This document shows positions 1 to 7,194 of a DNA stretch of 24,661 bases, piece after piece. The stretch lies in NCBI GenBank assembly GCA_964559665.1, contig CAZLHN010000001.1, positions 1-24,661 of the forward strand, read 5' to 3'. The notes under the pieces were generated by a model. That model saw only the letters and a program-made list of their open reading frames with translations. It was not told the DNA's origin and searched no databases. This DNA comes from an uncultured Candidatus Saccharibacteria bacterium. GTDB taxonomy: Bacteria > Patescibacteriota > Minisyncoccia > Phycocordibacterales > SBAW01. The translations under genes were made by a program, and so were the position numbers. Position 1 is the stretch's first letter. Each line of letters starts with the position of its first letter.

Positions 1-515
1 TAATCTCGTTCAGTCGTTAACTCGGGCGTTTCAAGACCAAAACTATCTTTAAGAAAGGGAGCTACACGATTTCTTACTCTAGTAACCTTATCTCTCCCTT
101 CTTCCCTGTTAATAGCAGTGAGGGTTAAGTAAAGATCGTTCGTAATGAAGATCTTTCTGTCTTCAATTTTATTTTCTGTACCGCCAATGCTTATCGAATC
201 TATTTTAGGCTCTGCGTGACGGATCATATCGATGACCTTACTTGCTCCTCGTGGGGGGTTTTGTATTTGGCCGGAGAGAATGTTGAGCGTTTGGTGGTCA
301 AGAAGTATATCTACCGTGAAATCTTCTTCGACAATATCTTCTTTCATCGAAGGGAAATATCGGGTCCTTGTGTATGAAATATTCTTAGGCGAATACTTAA
401 AAAGAAGCTTGTTTCCTATTTTGACCTGTTTTGCTGTAACTGTAAGGCCATCCTCTTTGAGTTTTGAGAGTTTGGTCTGCAGTTTTTGGACTACTGTTTT
501 GGTCGGTTTAGCCAC
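1..515 (-). CDS. AT-rich accessory protein, 3'-truncated by window edge (>=171 aa); possibly the N-terminal region of a Shedu/DUF4263-type defence nuclease
   Basis: Hand translation gives an uninterrupted frame from GTG at 515 to base 1 (VAKPTKTVVQKLQTKLSKLKEDGL...FLKDSFGLETPELTTERD). It is missing from the ORF track because no stop lies in the window. The family guess rests on remembered resemblance only. Confidence 0.7.
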   Translation of the reverse strand, partial: MAKPTKTVVQKLQTKLSKLKEDGLTVTAKQVKIGNKLLFKYSPKNISYTRTRYFPSMKEDIVEEDFTVDILLDHQTLNILSGQIQNPPRGASKVIDMIRHAEPKIDSISIGGTENKIEDRKIFITNDLYLTLTAINREEGRDKVTRVRNRVAPFLKDSFGLETPELTTERD

Positions 516-603
516 GACCGGAGTATACCAATATAGGGCTAATTGAGCGACTAAAGAAAATCATCCTCCGACTTGCTCTTCGGAGTCCGAACCTATCTCA
601 AAT

Positions 604-677
604 TGGCTGCCCGACAGGGATTCGAACCCCAATTAAAGGCTTCAAAGGCCTCTGTCCTACCATTAGACGATCGGGCA
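604..677 (-). tRNA. tRNA-Gln(UUG), CCA encoded
   Basis: Reverse complement folds as a cloverleaf: TGCCCGA/TCGGGCA acceptor, GAGGC-CTTTGAA-GCCTT anticodon arm, TTCGAAT T-loop, 3' GCCA. Confidence 0.97.
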
Positions 678-825
678 ATACAAGCTGAGGATAGCAAATC
701 GCGGCCTTTCTAGCCATCCTGCAGTCAACGTGCGGCCTACCCTTTTCTTCATGAATGCATCATACTGAGTGTGGCTTACTACAGGGGCATTATTAATAAG
801 TGTTATTCATTAAGCATCTATATAT

Positions 826-1362
826 ATGACAAATAGAAATATCATCATTGGGGTGATCGTCGTTTTGATAGTCGCAGCGGGCGCGTGGTACTGGATGTCT
901 TCGACAAACACCGCGGGGGCTCCGTCGACTACCGCCAGCAGCACCGACACGAGTACCAGCGCCGCCACCGGCGGGCAGGGCACGACTATCGCGGGCACCG
1001 GCACGCTGCGCACGCTTGTGACGCAGGGCGGCAACTACACCTGTACGCTTACCGCCACCACGGCAGGCGGCGGACAGACGATGGGCACTATCTACAGCGC
1101 AGGTGGCAAGACCCGGCTCGACTTCCAGAGCACGGTCAACGGTCAGACGGTTACTATCCACACGCTCCGCAGCGGCACAACCGCTTACACGTGGGTGGAT
1201 GGCCAGTCGGTAGGCACCAAGGCAACCATAACCGCGTCGAGCGCCATCGTGCCGCAGCCGACAGGCGGAACGATATCGGACGACTCGCAGGTATCATCGG
1301 AGTGCCACCCGTGGTCTCCGGTCGCATCCGACCTGGTAGTGCCGGCGGGTATTACGTTCTAG
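826..1362 (+). CDS. membrane-anchored Thr/Gly-rich extracytoplasmic protein, unknown function
   Basis: N-terminal hydrophobic helix (IIIGVIVVLIVAAGAWYW), Ser/Thr linker, beta-rich domain with two Cys (YTC...ECHPW). Confidence 0.8.
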   Translation: MTNRNIIIGVIVVLIVAAGAWYWMSSTNTAGAPSTTASSTDTSTSAATGGQGTTIAGTGTLRTLVTQGGNYTCTLTATTAGGGQTMGTIYSAGGKTRLDFQSTVNGQTVTIHTLRSGTTAYTWVDGQSVGTKATITASSAIVPQPTGGTISDDSQVSSECHPWSPVASDLVVPAGITF

Positions 1363-2417
1363 GTCGCTGAAAGCCTATACAAGGCAAGCTCCATAGGGAG
1401 TGCAGGCAGGGGGGCTCGCGGAGTCTCGATGAGCGCGGATAAAAGTTCCGCCAACATCTGAGAGTTTATTGCGAGCCCCTCTTTGCCTGCCAACTGCTCG
1501 ATCACCTTGAGGTCATCGGCCCCAAATTGCTCGCCCAATTCCCCTTTTAGCTTTGGCGCAAAGCGCAACAGCAGCACCCCGCGCACGCGGCTGACCGCAA
1601 GCAGCACAAAGAGCTGCGGCTCCGAGCCGTTCTCGATCGCTTTGTGGAAGACGGCGAGCGCGTCGCCGGTATTATTGCGCGCCAGCGCGAGCAGGAAGTC
1701 GTTGACCAGTCCGGCGGAAGGAGCCCCGATTACTTTTGCGATTTCCTCCTCGGAGAGCTTCTTGTCCTGCGATATGGTGAGCGCTTTCTGCAGCGTGCCG
1801 AGCGTGTCGCGGAAGGAGCCCTCACCCACAAGCGCTATGAGCTCGGCCCCCGCGGGCTCGAGGCTGTAGCCCTCCTTCTTGGCTACGTCGAGCACCAGTT
1901 TTTTAAGCGTCTCGTGGCTGGGCTTTTTAAAGCGGAATACCTGACAGCGCGACTGGATGGTCTCCGGCACGCGGTCGAGCTCGGTCGTCGCAAGGACGAA
2001 TATCGCGTGCGCGGGCGGCTCCTCCAGGGTCTTCAAAAATGCGCCCCATGCGTCCTTGGTCAAAGCGTGCGCCTCGTCGATTATGTAAAACTTGTACTTG
2101 GAGTCGAACGGTAATGTCGATACGCCTTCGCGTAGCTCACGGATCTCGTCGATGCCGCGGTTGCTCGCCGCATCCATCTCGTAGATATCCTGCTCATTCG
2201 TGCCAAGCGCGCGCGCCAAAATGCGCGCCATTGAGGTCTTGCCTGTGCCGCGCCCGCCGGCAAAGAGGTAGGCATGCGCGACCTCGCCTTTTTTAACCGC
2301 AGCCTCAAGCACTGAAACGACCTCCTCCTGCCCGCGTACCTGGGCGAAAGAGGAAGGCCGGTACTTCCGATACAACGCCAAAGGCGCATGCAGTGCCTCG
2401 TCAGAGCCTTTTGCCAT
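1359..2417 (-). CDS. dnaX: DNA polymerase III subunit gamma/tau (short form)
   Basis: LYRKYRP, HAYLF-GGRGTGKTS Walker A, DAASNRGIDEIR, IIDEAH Walker B, LKTLEEPP, SRCQ motifs. Confidence 0.96.
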   Translation of the reverse strand: MAKGSDEALHAPLALYRKYRPSSFAQVRGQEEVVSVLEAAVKKGEVAHAYLFAGGRGTGKTSMARILARALGTNEQDIYEMDAASNRGIDEIRELREGVSTLPFDSKYKFYIIDEAHALTKDAWGAFLKTLEEPPAHAIFVLATTELDRVPETIQSRCQVFRFKKPSHETLKKLVLDVAKKEGYSLEPAGAELIALVGEGSFRDTLGTLQKALTISQDKKLSEEEIAKVIGAPSAGLVNDFLLALARNNTGDALAVFHKAIENGSEPQLFVLLAVSRVRGVLLLRFAPKLKGELGEQFGADDLKVIEQLAGKEGLAINSQMLAELLSALIETPRAPLPALPMELALYRLSAT

Positions 2418-2440
2418 GCGCCTAGTATACCCTTTTTATG

Positions 2441-2857
2441 CTATCTCTTCGAAACGGCCTTGCGCGCCTTCTTTACCGCCTTTTTGCCCATGCGCTTTGC
2501 GCCCTTTGCCCCCTTGCTGCCGCTCTTCTGCGCGGCCTGCATGTGGCTCCATGCGTTCTTGAAGTCCTGCATCATCGCATTCATCTGCGCGGTCGAGGCG
2601 CCAGCCTTGCCGCCGTATTGCGTGAGGACCTTCTGCGCGAGCGCCAGGTACTGCGCCTTGTCGATATCGTTTATCTTCTCGACAGCGTCGAGCATCTCCG
2701 CACGCGCCTTGAGCATCCAGCTCTTAGCTATCTTGCGGTGCTGTGCCGAGTGCTTGGCGCCGTAGAGCCAATACGCCGCCGCGCCTGCCGTGGCCGCTGC
2801 TGCGAGCCCTGCTCCCATTCCGACCGACATCTTCATTCCTGAGTTTTTCTTTGCCAT
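2441..2857 (-). CDS. Ala/Lys-rich hypothetical protein, YtxH-like architecture
   Basis: Gly/Ala-rich hydrophobic N-terminal segment (GAGLAAAATAGAAAYWLY), helical body, basic tail. Confidence 0.7.
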   Translation of the reverse strand: MAKKNSGMKMSVGMGAGLAAAATAGAAAYWLYGAKHSAQHRKIAKSWMLKARAEMLDAVEKINDIDKAQYLALAQKVLTQYGGKAGASTAQMNAMMQDFKNAWSHMQAAQKSGSKGAKGAKRMGKKAVKKARKAVSKR

Positions 2858-2916
2858 TTTATTTTGCTAAGTAATTAATGAATCAGTATCCGAACATTAG
2901 TAATACGCTACTCAAA

Positions 2917-3237
2917 CTATGGTTTTGGTGAAGGCGGCGGGGCTTTCTTAGCCTTGGCGCGCGGCTTGTGCGGCACCTCGACCATTCGGGTGAGAAAACC
3001 AAATGCCATGTTAAGCAGCGTCTTGCCCTTTGTCCCTTCCTCGCGCAGCGTCGCGCGCAGGTCCTCAAAGTCCTTTTCAACCTCGTCGCTCGCCTTGCGC
3101 ACCTTTGCAGTCATGGCACGCAAGTCCCGCGCGATAGGTATCGCATAGTACAAGACCATCAGCAGGCCCAGGGTGATGGAGATCACTGCCAGCGAGGCGA
3201 TAAAAAAGAAGATGTCCGCATGCACGACTTCGTTCAT
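2917..3237 (-). CDS. single-pass membrane protein, DUF948/YtxG-like architecture
   Basis: N-terminal TM helix followed by a coiled-coil-like segment (ARDLRAMTAKVRKASDEVEKDFEDLR); TAGTCT -10-like box 6 nt upstream. Confidence 0.7.
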   Translation of the reverse strand: MNEVVHADIFFFIASLAVISITLGLLMVLYYAIPIARDLRAMTAKVRKASDEVEKDFEDLRATLREEGTKGKTLLNMAFGFLTRMVEVPHKPRAKAKKAPPPSPKP

Positions 3238-3246
3238 ACCTAGAGA

Positions 3247-4224
3247 CTACCTTGCCGCAAGGAAATTTTCAATCAGGCTCTCTACTTCGTCGGCATTTTT
3301 TGCATCCATCAGCTGCACGCGCAGATCCTTGGCGCCGTCGAACCCTTCCACATACGCCTTAAAATGCTTCTTCATGATCGCGAAGTTTTTGATATCTCCC
3401 AAAAGCTCTTCAAAAAGCTTGGTATGCTCGATTGCGATACGGAGGCGAACCTCGAGCGAAGGAGAATTCTCTGGCGCTGTGGCAAATAACCAGGGCCTAC
3501 CAAAAATCGCGCGGCCCAACATCACACCATCGGCTCCCGATTCAGCTGCCTTCTTTTTTGCATCATCCATATCCAGCGCGTCGCCGTTACCGATGATCAA
3601 TGTCTTACTCCCCAACTCATTGCGGATCTCGACTGCACGCTTTACCCTGTCCCAATGCGCGGCGACTTTGGACATCTCCTTGCGCGTGCGCGCATGGAGC
3701 GTCAGCGCCGCAGGCTCGGCAGCGAGCAGCTTCGGCAGCCATTCTTCTAAAATATCTTTGTTGTATCCGAGGCGCGTCTTGACCGAGACGGGCAAGTTCG
3801 GCGCGCCGCGCTTTGCCGCCGCAATAAGCTCGACCGCAAGCTCGGGATTTAAAATGAGCTTTGCCCCGGCGCCCTGCTTTTCGATCGTTTTGTCCGGGCA
3901 GCCCATGTTTATGTCGACGCCGTCAAAGCCCAGCTCTTGCGCGAGGGCCGCAGCCTTTTCCATATGCTCCGGGGTCGCGGTAAAAAATTGCGCGACGATG
4001 GGCCGCTCAGCCTCGCTGTATAAGAGATCGCACATGAGCTTGCGCTTGCCTTCCTCGTTCGCGAGAGCCAAGCCATCGGCCGATACGAACTCGGTCCACA
4101 TCACCTGCGGCCCGCCGGGCTTGGAGTACTTGGCGATAAGCCGCCGGAAAGCCGCGTCGGTAACATTGGCCAAAGGCGCCAGCACAAAAAAAGGCTTCGG
4201 CAGAGAGTCCCAGAAACTATCCAT
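3247..4224 (-). CDS. dus: tRNA-dihydrouridine synthase
   Basis: LAPLANVTDAAFR, TEFVS, DINMGCP (catalytic Cys), VSVKTRLG, LHART, GNGD, GVMLGRA motifs. Confidence 0.95.
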   Translation of the reverse strand: MDSFWDSLPKPFFVLAPLANVTDAAFRRLIAKYSKPGGPQVMWTEFVSADGLALANEEGKRKLMCDLLYSEAERPIVAQFFTATPEHMEKAAALAQELGFDGVDINMGCPDKTIEKQGAGAKLILNPELAVELIAAAKRGAPNLPVSVKTRLGYNKDILEEWLPKLLAAEPAALTLHARTRKEMSKVAAHWDRVKRAVEIRNELGSKTLIIGNGDALDMDDAKKKAAESGADGVMLGRAIFGRPWLFATAPENSPSLEVRLRIAIEHTKLFEELLGDIKNFAIMKKHFKAYVEGFDGAKDLRVQLMDAKNADEVESLIENFLAAR

Positions 4225-4260
4225 CCACTTACAGTAGTGCGAGTCGGCACACTTGTCTAG

Positions 4261-4307
4261 AAAACATAAAGGGCAGATCTTCTATATTTATATAGAAAAT
4301 CTGCCCT
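4261..4307 (-). terminator. intrinsic terminator
   Basis: Inverted repeat AGGGCAGAT-c-TTCTATAT / ATATAGAA-a-ATCTGCCCT followed on the minus strand by TTTATGTTTT. Confidence 0.75.
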
Positions 4308-4646
4308 GGTAGTGGCCTCTCGAATCACTGCGCTCTCCTCCAAGCAGTGAAGAGATCTCTCGGGATCATCCGCCCTAGCGGCTAACGACACGAAAGGCTT
4401 TGCCGTGAAAGTCCACGCTCGGGAGCCTCCGCAGGATCACGCGGTCCTGCGAACACTTTCTCCCCTTGCGCCATAACACCTCCAAACATCGGATGCACGA
4501 TTGTCCGGAGCAGAACCAGCGGAATCTGCATACGCTCAGCACCATTTTCCTCAGTAGGTTCTGTGCAAAAGAACGGTGCCTGTCATGACTAGCCCGCTCC
4601 TCAGACTTGGATGGAAGTTCTTTACTGTCTATCTTCCAAAGACTCT

Positions 4647-4674
4647 ATTATAAAGAACGAGACGAAGTCTTGAA
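4647..4674 (-). promoter_or_regulatory. putative sigma70 promoter (perfect -10, weak -35)
   Basis: TATAAT at 4652-4647; TTCAAG 16 nt upstream. Confidence 0.45.
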
Positions 4675-4739
4675 GTGGCTGTGAAATCCGTGTACAGAAA
4701 GTCGCTCCAAGTGCGGCGAGTCTCTATACCACGAACTCT

Positions 4740-4975
4740 CTAAGGGTTCTTGTATCGCGGGAGCCCTTAGCTCACCATCCGCGAATGTAGCCCGGCGGAA
4801 TCATGGACTCTCCTCCAGCTTCGGCCAACAACTGTTGCGGGCCGAAGAAGAGGAGCGAGCAGGATCAAAAACCCTGACTCGCCCCACGCTGTACGCACGC
4901 GAACAAAGAACCCATGAGCAGGGGGAGCCCGAAGGTCTGCCCCTGCTTGCTGTTGCTGGTCGGACGTCTGCCGAC
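4740..4975 (-). ncRNA. candidate structured RNA / 3' trailer of the ubiquitin-like operon
   Basis: At least five hairpins including a cUUCGg tetraloop (4928-4935), plus long-range helices 4744-4759/4898-4913 and 4802-4813/4905-4916; no credible ORF. Found by eye, not by folding software. Confidence 0.5.
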
Positions 4976-5268
4976 TAGTTGCCCTTGATCTTGCCGACCA
5001 GGAGCACGGTGTGGCCGGCCTTGAGCTCGGTTGCCAAGGTAGCCGCCTTGCCCTGGACGCGGATCTCCTTGCCGTCGGCCGAGAGTCCCGCGCCCTCAAG
5101 CGCGTCCTTGACCGTGCGGCCGCCGTTGAGGGCGATCGACTCGATCCGGCCGGGCAGGCGCCCGACGCGGACTTCGATGAAGCCCGGATCCTTGGCCGAC
5201 TTGGCCTTGGGAGCCGGAGCGCTGCGGGCGGCGGTGGAACGCGAACGGGTAGCAGTTGCGGTGGCCAT
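4975..5268 (-). CDS. ubiquitin-like (beta-grasp, ThiS/MoaD-fold) modifier with basic N-terminal tail, ends -KIKGN
   Basis: EVRVGRLPG...GRTVKDALEGAGL...EIRVQG...TELKAGHTVLLVGKIKGN matches the beta-grasp pattern. Start moved from 5328 to 5268 because of a GGAGG SD; 97 aa. Confidence 0.85.
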   Translation of the reverse strand: MATATATRSRSTAARSAPAPKAKSAKDPGFIEVRVGRLPGRIESIALNGGRTVKDALEGAGLSADGKEIRVQGKAATLATELKAGHTVLLVGKIKGN

Positions 5269-5338
5269 GGTTTTTCCTCCACATGGCGTTGCTCGGTTTA
5301 ACGACTTGTACAGTCCGTCGTGATCCATAAAGCCAGGA

Positions 5339-5695
5339 TCAGAGTTGTTGCAGTTGCAGTCTTTTTTCAGAACTGGGCAGTGCGGGATCCGCGAGGCAGA
5401 CGTAGTCTCCCTCGCGGATCACATAGTCCATCGGAACATCGTCTGCGTTGGCGAGCCGGAGCCTTTCCGGCAGCCAAGGCCTTTCCTTACCGTAGCTATG
5501 TCCGGATCTCATCGAGCAGTTCTCTTGGAGCCAGACCAGCAGTTCGGAAAGCGTCATGCCGACAACGAAGTCGGCCGCAAAGGCGATATCCCTTCCGCAA
5601 TCGACGTATGCAACCGGTCCTGCCGGCCGCCGTACGGCGATACTTGTCGCGGGCCGCTTGTAGAGCGACCCGAACCACTGAATGAGGCTCCGCAT
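5339..5695 (-). CDS. probable second beta-grasp/ubiquitin-like protein lacking a C-terminal Gly
   Basis: GMTLSELL...LRLANADDVPMDYVIREGDYVCL resembles the ThiS/MoaD signature; sits in the operon 9 nt after the E1 stop. Confidence 0.6.
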   Translation of the reverse strand: MRSLIQWFGSLYKRPATSIAVRRPAGPVAYVDCGRDIAFAADFVVGMTLSELLVWLQENCSMRSGHSYGKERPWLPERLRLANADDVPMDYVIREGDYVCLADPALPSSEKRLQLQQL

Positions 5696-5704
5696 GCAGA
5701 GCCC

Positions 5705-6403
5705 CTAGAACTGACGGTTGATGATTGCCATCGACGGGCGGAGCGAAAAGATGATCTCGTTGTCGAGGTCGTCCTGCTCCCCCCGTTCTACAGCGAACCA
5801 CCGTACCATCTGCCAGACGGCGAGTCCAGCGATGACCTCGGCCGTGGGGCCGACGGAGATGGAGGCCCCGCAAGCGGATACCTCTGCCTCCTGGTCGGTG
5901 TAGAGCGTCTGCTCCCATTCCCGGATATGACCGAGCTTGCTGGGATTGAACGCGTACACGCGGCCGTTGTCGGCGCCCATGCGGGTCTCGACCAGCAACT
6001 TGGTGCGGAGCTTGAACTTAAGCGCCCCGTCCCAGATCGCCTTTCTGGAGCCGTCTCCGTCGGTCATGGTGTCGACGAGCAGGAATACGATCTCCCCGAG
6101 CTCGCTTGAGGCCGTGACCTTTTCGGCGTGCGTTTGGACCGACACGCCGGTTGCTTCGTGTATGAGGCGCGCGAGCGCCTCGGTCTTGAGTGCGCCGACG
6201 TCGCCGAGCCCGAAGGCCTGATTGGCGACGTTGTGATCCTCGATCGTATCGAAGTCGTGGATGTGGATGTTCTCCACGCCCAGCTTCGCGAGCGAAAGAG
6301 CGACGCGTGATCCGGTGGCTCCGCACCCGATGACATCGACGCGACGCGCGCCGAATGCATAGGGCGGAAACACCGTTATGTGGCGCAGGGGGTCAACCGA
6401 CAC
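5705..6403 (-). CDS. ThiF/MoeB/E1-like adenylating enzyme
   Basis: RHITVF Arg, VIGCGATGS nucleotide-binding loop, DFDTIEDHNVANQ, LLVDT, ETRMG, crossover-loop Cys (SACG, 5870-5872). GTG start with GGGGAG SD preferred over ATG 6421. Confidence 0.92.
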   Translation of the reverse strand: MSVDPLRHITVFPPYAFGARRVDVIGCGATGSRVALSLAKLGVENIHIHDFDTIEDHNVANQAFGLGDVGALKTEALARLIHEATGVSVQTHAEKVTASSELGEIVFLLVDTMTDGDGSRKAIWDGALKFKLRTKLLVETRMGADNGRVYAFNPSKLGHIREWEQTLYTDQEAEVSACGASISVGPTAEVIAGLAVWQMVRWFAVERGEQDDLDNEIIFSLRPSMAIINRQF

Positions 6404-7178
6404 TGGATGTCTCCCCTGCATGCGTCATCGTCGGATCGAGGACGACGATCCTGCCGGTACGGTTGCCCGAGATCTCCCCGGTATACCCAGGATGGGCTGG
6501 CTGTGGGCCTCCCTTCCAGGATGAAACAACCGTATGGGTCGGATAGACCTTCCTCGAGACCTTGTCGTTAAACTCGGTCTCGAGCTCGGCCCGCATGCTG
6601 TCGTCGATCTGGTCCCAGATGGACCACGCGGCGTCGATCACCTTCACTCCGGAATCCCAGAAGAAGATGTCGAACCGCATGACCCCCTGCTTGTTGAGGA
6701 TGCCCCGGATAAACCATGGGCATCCGCTGTCCCGGAGCTCGTCCATCTGCCGATTGTCCTGGTAAGACGGATCGGTCGACATATTGACGTGGCTGTGGCC
6801 CCAGAACCGGAGCCGGTTAGCCACGTCCATGCCGTCGGAGCGAGTTTCGATGAGGTGCTGGACAAGCTTTGCCTGTCCTTCCGTGGAAAGCTCAGTTTGA
6901 GCCGACGTAACCTCCTGTTCAAGGAGGAACACCTCCTCGATGACGAAGTTGCCAAGCCTCGTCATCTTGACCGTGCCGAGCCAGCCGACTTCTTCATGGG
7001 CGATGTCCACCAAGTGATACATCCGGGAGTATGCGTCCCGGCTGACATACACATGAGGGACCGGCCTATCGATGAATTCGATCCGACCCGGCGTACGCTG
7101 TTGCACGAACGGCAGCGCGGGCTTGGGGACGGACTTTGTCTTTTTTGCCTGGCGCGGCCGTTTCGCTGTAAGCTTCAT
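6393..7178 (-). CDS. JAB/MPN+ (JAMM) metalloprotease, prokaryotic deubiquitinase/Ubl-maturase type
   Basis: EVGW Glu, then WGHSHVNMSTDPSYQD = H-x-H-x7-S-x2-D JAMM motif (HSH at 6789-6797). Start at 7178 with AGGAG SD, 261 aa; the ORF-track extension to 7388 overlaps the upstream gene. Confidence 0.92.
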   Translation of the reverse strand: MKLTAKRPRQAKKTKSVPKPALPFVQQRTPGRIEFIDRPVPHVYVSRDAYSRMYHLVDIAHEEVGWLGTVKMTRLGNFVIEEVFLLEQEVTSAQTELSTEGQAKLVQHLIETRSDGMDVANRLRFWGHSHVNMSTDPSYQDNRQMDELRDSGCPWFIRGILNKQGVMRFDIFFWDSGVKVIDAAWSIWDQIDDSMRAELETEFNDKVSRKVYPTHTVVSSWKGGPQPAHPGYTGEISGNRTGRIVVLDPTMTHAGETSSVG

Positions 7179-7194
7179 GCGACTTCTCCTCTTG

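Noticed and set aside
232-546. 104-aa plus-strand ORF in the ORF track
   Set aside because: Shadow of the longer minus-strand frame 515 to 1.
566-585. CTCCGA/TCGGAG hairpin downstream of tRNA-Gln as an att site
   Set aside because: Only 6 bp, with no duplicated tRNA end in the window; more likely a weak terminator or chance.
3173-4237. 354-aa plus-strand ORF (also 5345-6109, 6534-7220, 20068-20817, 12456-13205 and similar)
   Set aside because: Antisense shadows of motif-bearing genes in GC-rich DNA.
4407-4420. GAAAGTCCACGCTC resembles the RNase P RNA P4 5' strand
   Set aside because: It lacks the preceding GAG, and I find no convincing 3' P4 partner (ACAxAAxxxGGCUUA); local promoter and terminator signals point to the opposite strand.
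4975-6403. ThiS/ThiF or MoaD/MoeB sulfur-carrier (cofactor biosynthesis) interpretation
   Set aside because: No thiG, moaE, cysteine synthase, desulfurase or rhodanese nearby; the Ubl lacks GG; an E2-fold gene with an active-site Cys is in the same operon. Less favoured, but not formally excluded.
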